A stretch of DNA of 64,000 nucleotides from Escherichia coli (GTDB taxonomy: Bacteria; Pseudomonadota; Gammaproteobacteria; Enterobacterales; Enterobacteriaceae), in assembly GCA_902500005.1 (NCBI GenBank), contig GCA_902500005.1_3678.1; one strand, 5' to 3'. Below, in pieces: positions 10,394 to 19,846 of this stretch; within the stretch, counting starts at the first letter, position 1, and every line of letters begins with the position of its first letter. The notes beneath the pieces were generated by a model, which was not told where the DNA came from, ran no database searches, and worked only from the letters and a program-made list of their open reading frames with translations. Both the position numbers and the translations under genes were made by a program.

Positions 10394-11884
10394 GTGGCTA
10401 AGTATGGATTGACAGAGGCTGGTTTCGTTATACCAACCCTAAATGACCTAATCGTTGAAACTAAGCAAAGCCTGATCCGTGCTTTTGGCGAAAACTTCAA
10501 CGTACAGAGTAACTCCGTTGCAGATAAGCTGACCACTATCTTCAACGAGCGAGAGTATCAACTTATTCTTATGGCAGCATCTGTATACGCATCACAGACG
10601 CTGTATGGGGCAGAAGGTATCTACCTAGATGAGCTTCTTGGAAGACAGGGTATTTACCGAAGAGGCCGTTCTAAATCATCAGGTACCTGCCAGTTGACAA
10701 TCAACACAACTGTGCCGTACAATATGATTTATGATTCCAAAACTTATACGCTGGACAGTGGCAACTTTGTTCTTAGCAACGATGTGCAAGTAGCAGGGAA
10801 TCTTATTGCTCACAGAATAAATGCTCCAGACCTAAGGATTGGGAAATACAACTTCCAAATTACCAACCAGACAGATGGAAGTATCAAAACAAAAAGCCTG
10901 GTTTTAACAGATAAATCTCTGGACTCTTCTGATTTGCCAAGCTTTTACGGAGAGATTAAGCAATTCATTGTCGATAATACAACCCTGTTGAACGACGATT
11001 TGATTCAGATCGATATGTTGACAGGAACGTTGTGGATAGGGTACAATTCGAATCTTGATCAAGTTGGACTTAACAGTAGGGTAGATTTCAGAGTATCCCC
11101 GATTGTAGGGGAAAGAACTATCACACTGGATGTTATCGCTAACGAGGCTGGTGAGCTGTCAAGAGAAGCAGAAACCGTGACAACAATGTCACCTACTCCT
11201 AGTGGATTTATCAAGCTTACCAACCGAGAAAGATTCAATGAGGGCAGGGATGTTGAGAAAGACTCAGAGTATCGCTTAAGAGCTTCCAGCACAAAACAGT
11301 TAACATCTAAGGCTACCCGTCCTGCAATCCTTAGCGCTGTAAGCGAGGTGAAAGGTGTTGAGAAAGTGAGAGTGTTCTCCAACAACACCGATAAAACTGA
11401 TGCTAAAGGTATACCTCCTTACAAGTTCCAAGTGGTTGTGTTTGGTGGTGCAACGGAAGACATTTGCCAAGCACTTTACCAAACTATAGCCTGTACGAAC
11501 AGGACTTATGGTAATATTTTCTACGATGTCACTACATCTGACGGTCAAACTGAAAGAATTTATTACTCCAAGGCAAACACCTACCGCCTAGATGTAAGAA
11601 TTACCTACTCCGGTGCTGCGCTTTCTACAACCGAAAAAGATGCCATTATAGAGGCTCTTTTGCAGGTTGTTAACGGACTGGATGTTGCAGATACGTTGTA
11701 TAATATCCAATTGGTAGGTGCTGCATCTGCTGCTGTGTCAATAGGCAGATTTAATAGGCTGGTAATTCAAGTTAAATCCGTAGGAGCTTCTGATGAAGCT
11801 TACACTACAAACGATATTGTTGCGAACATGACCGAGGTGTTTGACCTCGACGAAAGTAATATAACTTTCCAACAAACTATTTAA
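10394..11884 (+). CDS. tail/baseplate structural protein (496 aa)
   Basis: GTG start 5 nt after GGAGG; N-terminal region resembles baseplate-J-like proteins (weak, from memory). Confidence 0.45.
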   Translation: MAKYGLTEAGFVIPTLNDLIVETKQSLIRAFGENFNVQSNSVADKLTTIFNEREYQLILMAASVYASQTLYGAEGIYLDELLGRQGIYRRGRSKSSGTCQLTINTTVPYNMIYDSKTYTLDSGNFVLSNDVQVAGNLIAHRINAPDLRIGKYNFQITNQTDGSIKTKSLVLTDKSLDSSDLPSFYGEIKQFIVDNTTLLNDDLIQIDMLTGTLWIGYNSNLDQVGLNSRVDFRVSPIVGERTITLDVIANEAGELSREAETVTTMSPTPSGFIKLTNRERFNEGRDVEKDSEYRLRASSTKQLTSKATRPAILSAVSEVKGVEKVRVFSNNTDKTDAKGIPPYKFQVVVFGGATEDICQALYQTIACTNRTYGNIFYDVTTSDGQTERIYYSKANTYRLDVRITYSGAALSTTEKDAIIEALLQVVNGLDVADTLYNIQLVGAASAAVSIGRFNRLVIQVKSVGASDEAYTTNDIVANMTEVFDLDESNITFQQTI

Positions 11885-11895
11885 GGCGGCGAGAT

Positions 11896-12582
11896 ATGGC
11901 AGAGATTAAGTCGGATGTTAACCACATCCACACTCTGCCAGATTTTGTTCAGGGAGGTCTTGACTACCTGCCTGGAGATTTTCTGGCTGAGAAGGTTAAT
12001 TTAGTCACATTCTTAACCGTATACCTTAAAAGGTTGGAGGATGTTGATAAGATGCTGGTAGGTTTGGCTGAAGGAAGATTGCTTAACAATGCCAGCGGAA
12101 GATACCTTGACGAAGTTGGTAATCAACTTGGTATTCTTAGGAATGGACTTTCAGATGCTGATTTTCGTGCCACACTAATTATTCAGCAGGCCGCAGCATC
12201 AAGGGGCGGGACTCGCGAAGATGTCATCTCCACCTTGCGACAATTGTTCGGAAGAGACAATTTCGATACGTGGAAAGGAGACAACTTCAGGTTTGACATA
12301 AATATTAGAAAAACTTGCTTTGACATATTGCAGTCTATCGATCAGATCTTAGATATGCTACCATTGCCTTGTCATTTGCGTCTTACAGAATCGCAAGGGC
12401 AAGCTTTTGGTTTTGAAGGGGACTCTACAGCTCTTGGCTTCGGATCAGTATGGGAAGAAAACCAGTTTGGAGTTGGTGGGCTGGCTACTTTGCTGTATGT
12501 TCCTGACGTAAGACCTGATTGGGACACCACAACCATTTATTGTGAAAGTATTACAGTAAACGCAACTAGACAGGAGGGTTAA
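11896..12582 (+). CDS. tail structural protein (228 aa)
   Basis: ATG start; position between structural genes. Confidence 0.45.
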   Translation: MAEIKSDVNHIHTLPDFVQGGLDYLPGDFLAEKVNLVTFLTVYLKRLEDVDKMLVGLAEGRLLNNASGRYLDEVGNQLGILRNGLSDADFRATLIIQQAAASRGGTREDVISTLRQLFGRDNFDTWKGDNFRFDINIRKTCFDILQSIDQILDMLPLPCHLRLTESQGQAFGFEGDSTALGFGSVWEENQFGVGGLATLLYVPDVRPDWDTTTIYCESITVNATRQEG

Positions 12583-14654
12583 TGGCAACAGCTGTTTTTA
12601 AACCTTACCGTGATTACTCTACAATGGCTGCACGGTTTCATTACCGAACAGTTCAGGATACTGCCGTTCCTGGTAGGGATTATGATCATGTCGAGGGCGA
12701 TGTAACTATCCCAGTTGGGGCAACCAGTATTGAGATCCCCGTGGAAATTGTTGACAAATTACCCAACAGGTTGCCAAGAAGCTTCTTTATGGAGTTTTCA
12801 TCAAAATCTCAAGGGGTGATGATTGGAACACAAAGGGCGAAATGTACAATAGTTTCAGATGAGAATCTTGACAGGATATCTTGGGATACTGTTGAGGAGA
12901 GAATGTTTCACCCAAGATATTGGGTTACAACCACTCAGCAGACTGAAAGTACCTGTATTGTTGCAGATAACAACTGTTGTATTAACCGTTTAGTGTCAAG
13001 AACATATGGAGGTATGGCTGGGTGCATTTGGGAAACAGTTGACAAGTATGACCATTTCGGTATTGGGTTTGATGATCACTATGAGATGAGAAACACCAAG
13101 CTTTGGTTCAGAATGTCAATAACCAACGCCAGCAACTTCTCCACTCCTGAAAAGATGATTATGACTGTAGACCTTGTTGATGGCACAATCATCTATGTTC
13201 CTTTAGCTCAATATGCTGTCAGCATCTCAGAGGATAAGAATGTTGCAGAAATTCATATTGATTTTGAGGACTGCGTCGGGATGGACCAGAACAACAACAT
13301 GATGGGTGTTGATCCTCGGCAGGTGAGAAGGATTTTAATACCGCTTATGCCTAAAGACTGGGTAAGTAATAGCACAGACCCGAGAACGGAAAATGTAGAG
13401 TGTGAGTTGCGCCTAGATCTGCTTCAGCCAGACACAGGCTGGAAAATGATGCAACTTAACAATATCCAGGTGAGAGAGCACGATGTTGGGATCTGCACCG
13501 CATATGACGATATGTGGAACGTGTCTCCTTTAAGGGTGTTGAACAATATCAAGCGTCTGGGCTATACCGGAACCATAAACCATTATGTTGGTATGAGTCA
13601 TTATTATGACTACACATGGTCAGGAACCCAATGGTCTATAAACAGAACAGGAGCGCTAAACGCTGCAGCTTATAAATGGCATGATGATTTTATGTACAAT
13701 GCCAAACGACATAACTTCGACGTTATGCAATCTGTAAGTTTTGAGCTTTTCAGCGATGCCTGCCCGTTGGAATGGACCCAAAGAGACTGGAACGATAACT
13801 ACGCTAAAACAGGGTATACACCTTGTAGCTACCTCCTGTCTCCAACCATTGAAGAGGGTATGAATTTCCTTACTGCAGTATTTAAGAATTTTGCATCAGC
13901 CGCTATGAGAAACAACCTGCCAGTGATTATGCAGGTTGGTGAACCGTGGTGGTGGTACAATACCGATACTCGTAGACCTTGTATTTATGATTACCCTACA
14001 AAACAGGCGTTTTATGATGAGACAGGCGAGTATGCATTAGATATTGGGACTATTGACGATCCTAAAACTGGCGGTGTTTACGATAAGTATGTAGCATTTT
14101 GTCGTGGTAAGCTTGGCGCTCGTATTGCGGCTATTTCAAAGGCAATAAAGGCACACGCTGCATCAGCTCAGATGACAGCTCTGCTGTTTTTCCCAACCAT
14201 TATGGAAACCGAGCTTACGCAAAAGCTTAACCTTGCTGACCAATATAAAAAGGAAGCAGGTGCTCTTGATTTCTTCTGCACCGAGTGCTACGATTGGGTG
14301 ATGCAGGGAGGTATTGAAAAGGCAAAAGAGTCTGTAAACATACCTATCGTTAAGTTAGGTTGGCAACCGTCTGAAATACAATACCTTGCAGGGTTCGTTC
14401 CTAGTAAAGAGCTTGCTCCGGTATATGGTTACGACCCAACCAGGAATTACCAAGAATTTTTATGGAGATGTATTTGCGGAAACATGGCAACTATAGAGTA
14501 TAGATATCCTGAGGTAAAACAGTATGTGTGGGCATACCCGCAAGTAATGTCTGACAGCATCACTGTTACCGCTAGAGATTCTACCGTGCTTCATATGGGG
14601 CAGGTTGCTCTGAAAGGGTATGTAGAAGATGTTGTCCCGCCAGACTTCTCATAA
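12582..14654 (+). CDS. putative tail spike / receptor-binding protein (690 aa), possible carbohydrate-active domain
   Basis: ATG overlapping upstream stop, AGGAGGG RBS; N-terminal Calx-beta/Ig-like motif (GDVTIPVGATSIEIPVEIVD); Trp/Tyr-rich C-terminal region. Confidence 0.45.
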   Translation: MATAVFKPYRDYSTMAARFHYRTVQDTAVPGRDYDHVEGDVTIPVGATSIEIPVEIVDKLPNRLPRSFFMEFSSKSQGVMIGTQRAKCTIVSDENLDRISWDTVEERMFHPRYWVTTTQQTESTCIVADNNCCINRLVSRTYGGMAGCIWETVDKYDHFGIGFDDHYEMRNTKLWFRMSITNASNFSTPEKMIMTVDLVDGTIIYVPLAQYAVSISEDKNVAEIHIDFEDCVGMDQNNNMMGVDPRQVRRILIPLMPKDWVSNSTDPRTENVECELRLDLLQPDTGWKMMQLNNIQVREHDVGICTAYDDMWNVSPLRVLNNIKRLGYTGTINHYVGMSHYYDYTWSGTQWSINRTGALNAAAYKWHDDFMYNAKRHNFDVMQSVSFELFSDACPLEWTQRDWNDNYAKTGYTPCSYLLSPTIEEGMNFLTAVFKNFASAAMRNNLPVIMQVGEPWWWYNTDTRRPCIYDYPTKQAFYDETGEYALDIGTIDDPKTGGVYDKYVAFCRGKLGARIAAISKAIKAHAASAQMTALLFFPTIMETELTQKLNLADQYKKEAGALDFFCTECYDWVMQGGIEKAKESVNIPIVKLGWQPSEIQYLAGFVPSKELAPVYGYDPTRNYQEFLWRCICGNMATIEYRYPEVKQYVWAYPQVMSDSITVTARDSTVLHMGQVALKGYVEDVVPPDFS

Positions 14655-14666
14655 TCAGGAGATAAA

Positions 14667-15707
14667 ATGTCAAAACCTAGTTTTCCATTAGAGATTTGGG
14701 CAGAGGAGGATCAGGTTCTGCCTAACACCCACAGACAGAACAGGCTACGCCCGATTGATGATTTGTGGAGAAAAGGTTGGGATCTTGGTCAAAAGCCCTC
14801 ATGTGAAGAACTTAACTATATTTTCAATATGCTCGGGACTTGGGCAAAATACATTGCTGACGAGCAGATCCCAGCTCAAGAAGGCCGTTATCTGGTACGT
14901 GATAATAACTTGAGCGATCTTTTGAACATTCCTGTTGCCCGTAGAAACCTTGGGATTATCACTAAGGAAGAGGCAGACGCCAGGTATGTAAAAGTTACAG
15001 GTGATACAATGACAGGCCCCTTGGGGTTGCAACGTATCAACTTTAAAGCTGCCGAGACAGATAAGGCTTGGATAGAGACAACTATTGGCCCAGATAAGAC
15101 AACCCTCGACTTTGGGTTAAGTGATAATACCGGGTCGTTTGATGATGGTGGTACATCTACAGTAGATGCGTTTCGTTGGAGATTCCAGCCAACTCAGCCG
15201 GATATTAATCCAGAGTTCACTTTGATGTACCTTAACGCGATCACGGCTAATCGTGCGCTGTTGAAAGTGGTAGGCAATGTTGAAGTTGTCGATAACATGA
15301 GGTGCAATAACCTTACTATCAGCAATACAGCAACATTCACCAACTGTAATGTGGCCAGTCAGTTGACGGCTGGGTCAGTATATGTTAATGGTGGTGCAAG
15401 TTGTGACAGTATGGTTGTAAGAAGCCAGCACTGTGTTGTCGGTAACAGAAATGTGGTGCGCTCCGTGAATGGAGTGACGGCTAACGGTAACGGTGATGTA
15501 ACGATCACTATCCCGCAGACAGGTGTGCAAGACATCAGAATCGGTGCAAGACTTGTGGACGGCGTTTCTGAATCTCCAATCCGCAACGGCTACGTTGTCA
15601 CAGGCTGGCATTTCGGTGACAAAAAAGAGATGCGTGGTTCAACCTACTGGGCAGGACCTTTACAAAAACTTGTAAATGGTCAATGGATCACTGTTAATTA
15701 TGCATAG
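14667..15707 (+). CDS. tail fibre protein, paralog A (346 aa)
   Basis: Paralogous to 16722..17765 along its length; C-terminal …QKLVNGQWITVNYA shared. Confidence 0.6.
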   Translation: MSKPSFPLEIWAEEDQVLPNTHRQNRLRPIDDLWRKGWDLGQKPSCEELNYIFNMLGTWAKYIADEQIPAQEGRYLVRDNNLSDLLNIPVARRNLGIITKEEADARYVKVTGDTMTGPLGLQRINFKAAETDKAWIETTIGPDKTTLDFGLSDNTGSFDDGGTSTVDAFRWRFQPTQPDINPEFTLMYLNAITANRALLKVVGNVEVVDNMRCNNLTISNTATFTNCNVASQLTAGSVYVNGGASCDSMVVRSQHCVVGNRNVVRSVNGVTANGNGDVTITIPQTGVQDIRIGARLVDGVSESPIRNGYVVTGWHFGDKKEMRGSTYWAGPLQKLVNGQWITVNYA

Positions 15708-15721
15708 ATCGGAGGACTAGC

Positions 15722-16306
15722 ATGAAAATACTTCAAGAGTTTAAACTTTACCAACCGGGATCTGGCGAATACCACTCCAACAAGGAAACCAAGGAGCTGA
15801 CCCCTCAAGAGGTCGAGGATTACACCGCATACACTGGGTATTTTTTACGTAATGATGATGGTGATTGGTATGTGCAGTCACGAACATTACGACAAGAAAA
15901 TCCAGGGTGTATCTTCCTACTTGTTGACGAGAAGGGAATTCTTAAGACATCTACAGAAGAACCTGATGCCTTATGGCCTGCTCCAGGTCTTCGTGTGGTT
16001 ATCGCCAAAAAAGAAGAGGTACCAGAAAACATTATGCTTCACCACGACGCTTTGCGTTTAGTTGGTGATGAATTTGTCACAGACAATGAATTCTTTGTTC
16101 AACAGGCAGAGGGTGTCATAGAGACAGAACTTGCTTGGGCTACTGCTAGAATTGGTGCCTATCAAGACATGATTGACCTTGAATATGATCTTACTGATGA
16201 CCAGAAACGTAACATCAGAGATTTGAAAATGTACAGGGTAAAACTTCTTGAAATAGATACATCTAAAGCCCCTGACATTTTCTTCCCGGAGCGACCTACC
16301 CTCTAA
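15722..16306 (+). CDS. hypothetical fibre-associated protein (194 aa)
   Basis: ATG with GGAGG RBS; between the two fibre paralogs. Confidence 0.45.
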   Translation: MKILQEFKLYQPGSGEYHSNKETKELTPQEVEDYTAYTGYFLRNDDGDWYVQSRTLRQENPGCIFLLVDEKGILKTSTEEPDALWPAPGLRVVIAKKEEVPENIMLHHDALRLVGDEFVTDNEFFVQQAEGVIETELAWATARIGAYQDMIDLEYDLTDDQKRNIRDLKMYRVKLLEIDTSKAPDIFFPERPTL

Positions 16307-16317
16307 GAGGAGGTGTT

Positions 16318-16632
16318 GTGGAGTTGGATTTGGCGGCATTGTACGGTATCTGCATGGGTACCGTTGTCCCGATCTGTGTATGGGCTTTCAACCAGTGGCA
16401 CACCAAATGGAAAGGCATTTCCAAGAGGTTGGATGAGCTGGAGAAAGACCTCATCTTAGTGAAAAACAGTATGGTTACAAAAGATAAACTTGATTCCGTT
16501 ATAGAGACCCGGTTAAGCAAGCTAGAGGCCGATATTAACGACCTTAAGCAGGATGTCAGGACAGATGTCTCCGGCATCAGAGCCGATGTACAAAAGATTT
16601 TGCACATGCTCGTAGAGCATAGTAAAAGGTAA
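16318..16632 (+). CDS. small membrane/coiled-coil protein (104 aa)
   Basis: GTG start after GAGGAGG; hydrophobic N-terminus then heptad-like region. Confidence 0.4.
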   Translation: MELDLAALYGICMGTVVPICVWAFNQWHTKWKGISKRLDELEKDLILVKNSMVTKDKLDSVIETRLSKLEADINDLKQDVRTDVSGIRADVQKILHMLVEHSKR

Positions 16633-16721
16633 ACAAAGGTCAGAACGGAAAGGACTCCGTTCTTGCATTTTGTTCCCTAAAGTGTTAAAATAGTCCTAAG
16701 GAATTTTCTCAGGAGAACGTG

Positions 16722-17765
16722 ATGACTAAACCAGTTATCCCTCTTGATATTTGGGCCAATCAGGATGTTGTGCTTGAAAATACGGGAGAGTTGAATAAGT
16801 CTCAACCAAAAAAAGAAGAGAGATTGAAAGGTTGGGATATGACACAAAGAGTGGCATGTGAAGTTGTTAACTTTGAACTTCACATGCTTTCTGCGTGGTT
16901 AAAGCATTTAACAGAAGATGTTGTCCCAGGATGGGATAATAGATTCTTAAGGGTCACTAATAATCTAGCAGACGTTCCAGACAAAGCTGCTGCACGTCAA
17001 GTTCTCAATGTATACTCGCCTGAAGAAATGGACGATCTGTATGTTGACAAGTCTGGAGACATAATGACTCAGACTCAAACTTTAGGCCTTCAAAGAATCG
17101 AGTTTGCATCTGCGTCAACAGACAATGCGGCAATATATACCACCATAACTCCAGACAAGACGACGATGGATTTCTGGATTATGGACAACATCGGTGGTGC
17201 TGACGGCACAGACCTTGATGATCCTTCTCACCAAATAGACGGGTTCCGTTGGAGATTTCAACCTTCTGGTGGGCAGCCTGTGTTTTCGGCTATGAAGCTC
17301 AATGCTATAACTGCCAACCGTGCAAGACTGGCCATCCAAGGAAATCTTGAATGCAACGATGCAAAAAGTTCCTCTGCAAATGCCAATGCGGTCACGATAC
17401 CAAGAGCCACTGTTAACGGACAACAATCCTGCGGAAGCGCTCAAATAGGTGGAAGAGTTGATTGTAACGATGAAACAGTCAGGGGTCAATATGCAACAGT
17501 TGGTGGAAGAAACGTGGTCCGCAGGGTAAATGGTAACGGCGCAGACAGTAGTGGTAACCTTACTATCCCTATGCCCAGCAGAGGGGTTGATGATGTAAGG
17601 ATAGCAAACCGTTTCAAAACCACCTACAGAGAGTCAAGAGTCTACCCTGGACATGTGATGTGCTCTGGTAACTACGCTTATAAACACCCTTATCAAGGTG
17701 ATTACTGGACAGGTGCTATCCAAAAACTTGTAAATGGTCAATGGATCACTATATCTTATGCTTAA
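16722..17765 (+). CDS. tail fibre protein, paralog B (348 aa)
   Basis: ATG 6 nt after AGGAG (track start 16719 is GTG); paralog of 14667..15707. Confidence 0.6.
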   Translation: MTKPVIPLDIWANQDVVLENTGELNKSQPKKEERLKGWDMTQRVACEVVNFELHMLSAWLKHLTEDVVPGWDNRFLRVTNNLADVPDKAAARQVLNVYSPEEMDDLYVDKSGDIMTQTQTLGLQRIEFASASTDNAAIYTTITPDKTTMDFWIMDNIGGADGTDLDDPSHQIDGFRWRFQPSGGQPVFSAMKLNAITANRARLAIQGNLECNDAKSSSANANAVTIPRATVNGQQSCGSAQIGGRVDCNDETVRGQYATVGGRNVVRRVNGNGADSSGNLTIPMPSRGVDDVRIANRFKTTYRESRVYPGHVMCSGNYAYKHPYQGDYWTGAIQKLVNGQWITISYA

Positions 17766-17776
17766 AAAGAGGGTAA

Positions 17777-18043
17777 ATGAAACTAACTCAGTTTTTATGG
17801 GGACTGGTTGCGGCATCTGATGACCCTACGAAAGTGTCCCAAACTAAGCTATGGTCGAACATAGGCATGGCGGTGATGACTGGGGTGTTTATTCATATGG
17901 GGTATAATGATACGCTTCCTGAATGGTATGCGTGGATATACGCGCCTTCAGTAGCTTGCCCCCAGCTTATTAGCAAATTCATCTCGCTCCGGTGGGGTTG
18001 CCAGCACCCTGACCACGTTAAAAACGAAGAGCAAAAAGCTTAA
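17777..18043 (+). CDS. small hydrophobic protein (88 aa)
   Basis: ATG start; three hydrophobic segments. Confidence 0.4.
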   Translation: MKLTQFLWGLVAASDDPTKVSQTKLWSNIGMAVMTGVFIHMGYNDTLPEWYAWIYAPSVACPQLISKFISLRWGCQHPDHVKNEEQKA

Positions 18044-18052
18044 GGAGAAATC

Positions 18053-19798
18053 ATGGCGCAAGACATGACAAGCTTTGAGCAGGCGGTAGATCAAGTAATT
18101 GTTGATTCTGAACGTTTGCACTTGGTTGTCAACGGTAACGCTGTGGATGAAGTTGTCGTAGAGGATGGGACCACCATCCCTACGGTACGAAAAGCCATGC
18201 TTGACAACCTTTATTTTAAAACGCCACCGATCCCTTGGGCGTATGGTGCATCCACAACAGTTTTTAACCAGCTGTACGAGTTTAAAGGGGACACAGGCCC
18301 TCAGTGGTGGTACGCTCCCGCAGCATCAAAATCTAACCCGGTTAGAATGCCAGCAGATCCTTCACAATCTCCAAACTGGAGATTATATACCGACTCTGCA
18401 GTAATGGCAAAATACTACGCAAAACTTAACAGCCCGAGGTTCGAAGGTGACCCACGAGTACCTACACCTCCAATGGACGATAAGTCAGAGTCCATAGCAA
18501 ACACAGAGTTTGTTGTTGACTATGTTGATAGCATATTTAAAGCCATGGAGGGGATGAAAGTTACTGTAGGGTCTTTGGTGGTAAAAGGTCTTACAGAACT
18601 CGCTAACACTATAGTTGGTGGCACCCTTACCTTACATGGACCTGTTAATGGGGCAGATTCTACTGCACGCTTTAGGAATCTAATCCTCACGGCAAATACT
18701 TCTACACTTACTTTTGCGTGGAGCGATCCTAAGCATGCAGACTGGAGAAGTACAGAGCTGCAACCTCATGAAGTGTCCACCCACAGGGTTATAGCTGACA
18801 CTATAACTTCTGGGAAACCAGTGGCTAATAATAACGATGTGCATTTTGATGGTCTGGGTAATAACTTTTTTGACTACGTGTACATTCGTGGTAATGCCAT
18901 GAAGGCAGCAACCGAACCGACATTGCAGGTAGATGGGACCACCAGGGTTAAGAACCTTGAGGTGACAGGTACCGTTACAGGGATAACATACTCTGTCGAT
19001 GGCACCATGATCTACCCTAGCTATATTGAAAGCACTGGTGATGCATTGATAAATGGCGATTTGGAGGTTGGCGGGTCTGTAGTTATTCGAGGTACGGCCT
19101 CTATCCAAAACATAGCTCTGAATACCTTAAGAGTCAATGAGCGTGCAACTTTTGAAGGAGAAGGGCTTACAGCCAACAAAGGTGTAATTACCGAGCTGAC
19201 AACAACCACTTTAACTGCAACAACTGCAAACTCTGAAAACTGCAACGTTACCCGCAACTTGCAGGTAAATGGAGATGTCAGTTTAAACGCAGCAGGGACT
19301 GGCACCACCTCTGTTCACAACCTTGAAATATCCGGCACGGTGACTGGGTGGTTGCCTGACTTCTCTAATGTCAACTTTGTCTGTAATGGCATTAACTCCA
19401 GTGGCAAGATAACCACCTCTCAAGAAATTGAGGCGGGTAAAACCATTACTGCCCCTACTTTCCACGCAGGAAAGGTAGATTTTGATTTAGAGGAGGTTGA
19501 CGCGTCCAGTGGGACATGGACACCTAACGGGCAGGCCAGTATGTATGTTGTTCACGCGAAAGGGGATTTTACAATAGGACAGTGGCCTGGGACATCAGCG
19601 GAAGATAAACCTTATCCATTCACTGCGGTTATCTATGTAATTCAGGATGCTGTAGGTCACAACGTGACTTTGCACGATAAGTATGCTATCCTGTCGGCAA
19701 CACCTGTTATTAACAACAAGGCTAACAGTGTTACCTTGCTGCAATTAACGTATTGTGGTGTTGGTGATATCGTAGACGTAGTAATTGCACAACGTTAA
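18053..19798 (+). CDS. tail fibre/spike protein (581 aa)
   Basis: ATG after AAGGAG; repetitive T/G/N-rich beta-rich composition typical of fibre proteins. Confidence 0.5.
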   Translation: MAQDMTSFEQAVDQVIVDSERLHLVVNGNAVDEVVVEDGTTIPTVRKAMLDNLYFKTPPIPWAYGASTTVFNQLYEFKGDTGPQWWYAPAASKSNPVRMPADPSQSPNWRLYTDSAVMAKYYAKLNSPRFEGDPRVPTPPMDDKSESIANTEFVVDYVDSIFKAMEGMKVTVGSLVVKGLTELANTIVGGTLTLHGPVNGADSTARFRNLILTANTSTLTFAWSDPKHADWRSTELQPHEVSTHRVIADTITSGKPVANNNDVHFDGLGNNFFDYVYIRGNAMKAATEPTLQVDGTTRVKNLEVTGTVTGITYSVDGTMIYPSYIESTGDALINGDLEVGGSVVIRGTASIQNIALNTLRVNERATFEGEGLTANKGVITELTTTTLTATTANSENCNVTRNLQVNGDVSLNAAGTGTTSVHNLEISGTVTGWLPDFSNVNFVCNGINSSGKITTSQEIEAGKTITAPTFHAGKVDFDLEEVDASSGTWTPNGQASMYVVHAKGDFTIGQWPGTSAEDKPYPFTAVIYVIQDAVGHNVTLHDKYAILSATPVINNKANSVTLLQLTYCGVGDIVDVVIAQR

Positions 19799-19806
19799 TA
19801 TATCTA

Positions 19807-19832
19807 ACCGCTCCTGACGGGGCGGTTTTCTT
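19807..19832 (+). terminator. putative terminator/attenuator hairpin
   Basis: ccgctcctgacggggcgg hairpin + ttttctt. Confidence 0.35.
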
Positions 19833-19846
19833 ATCTGGAGAACACA

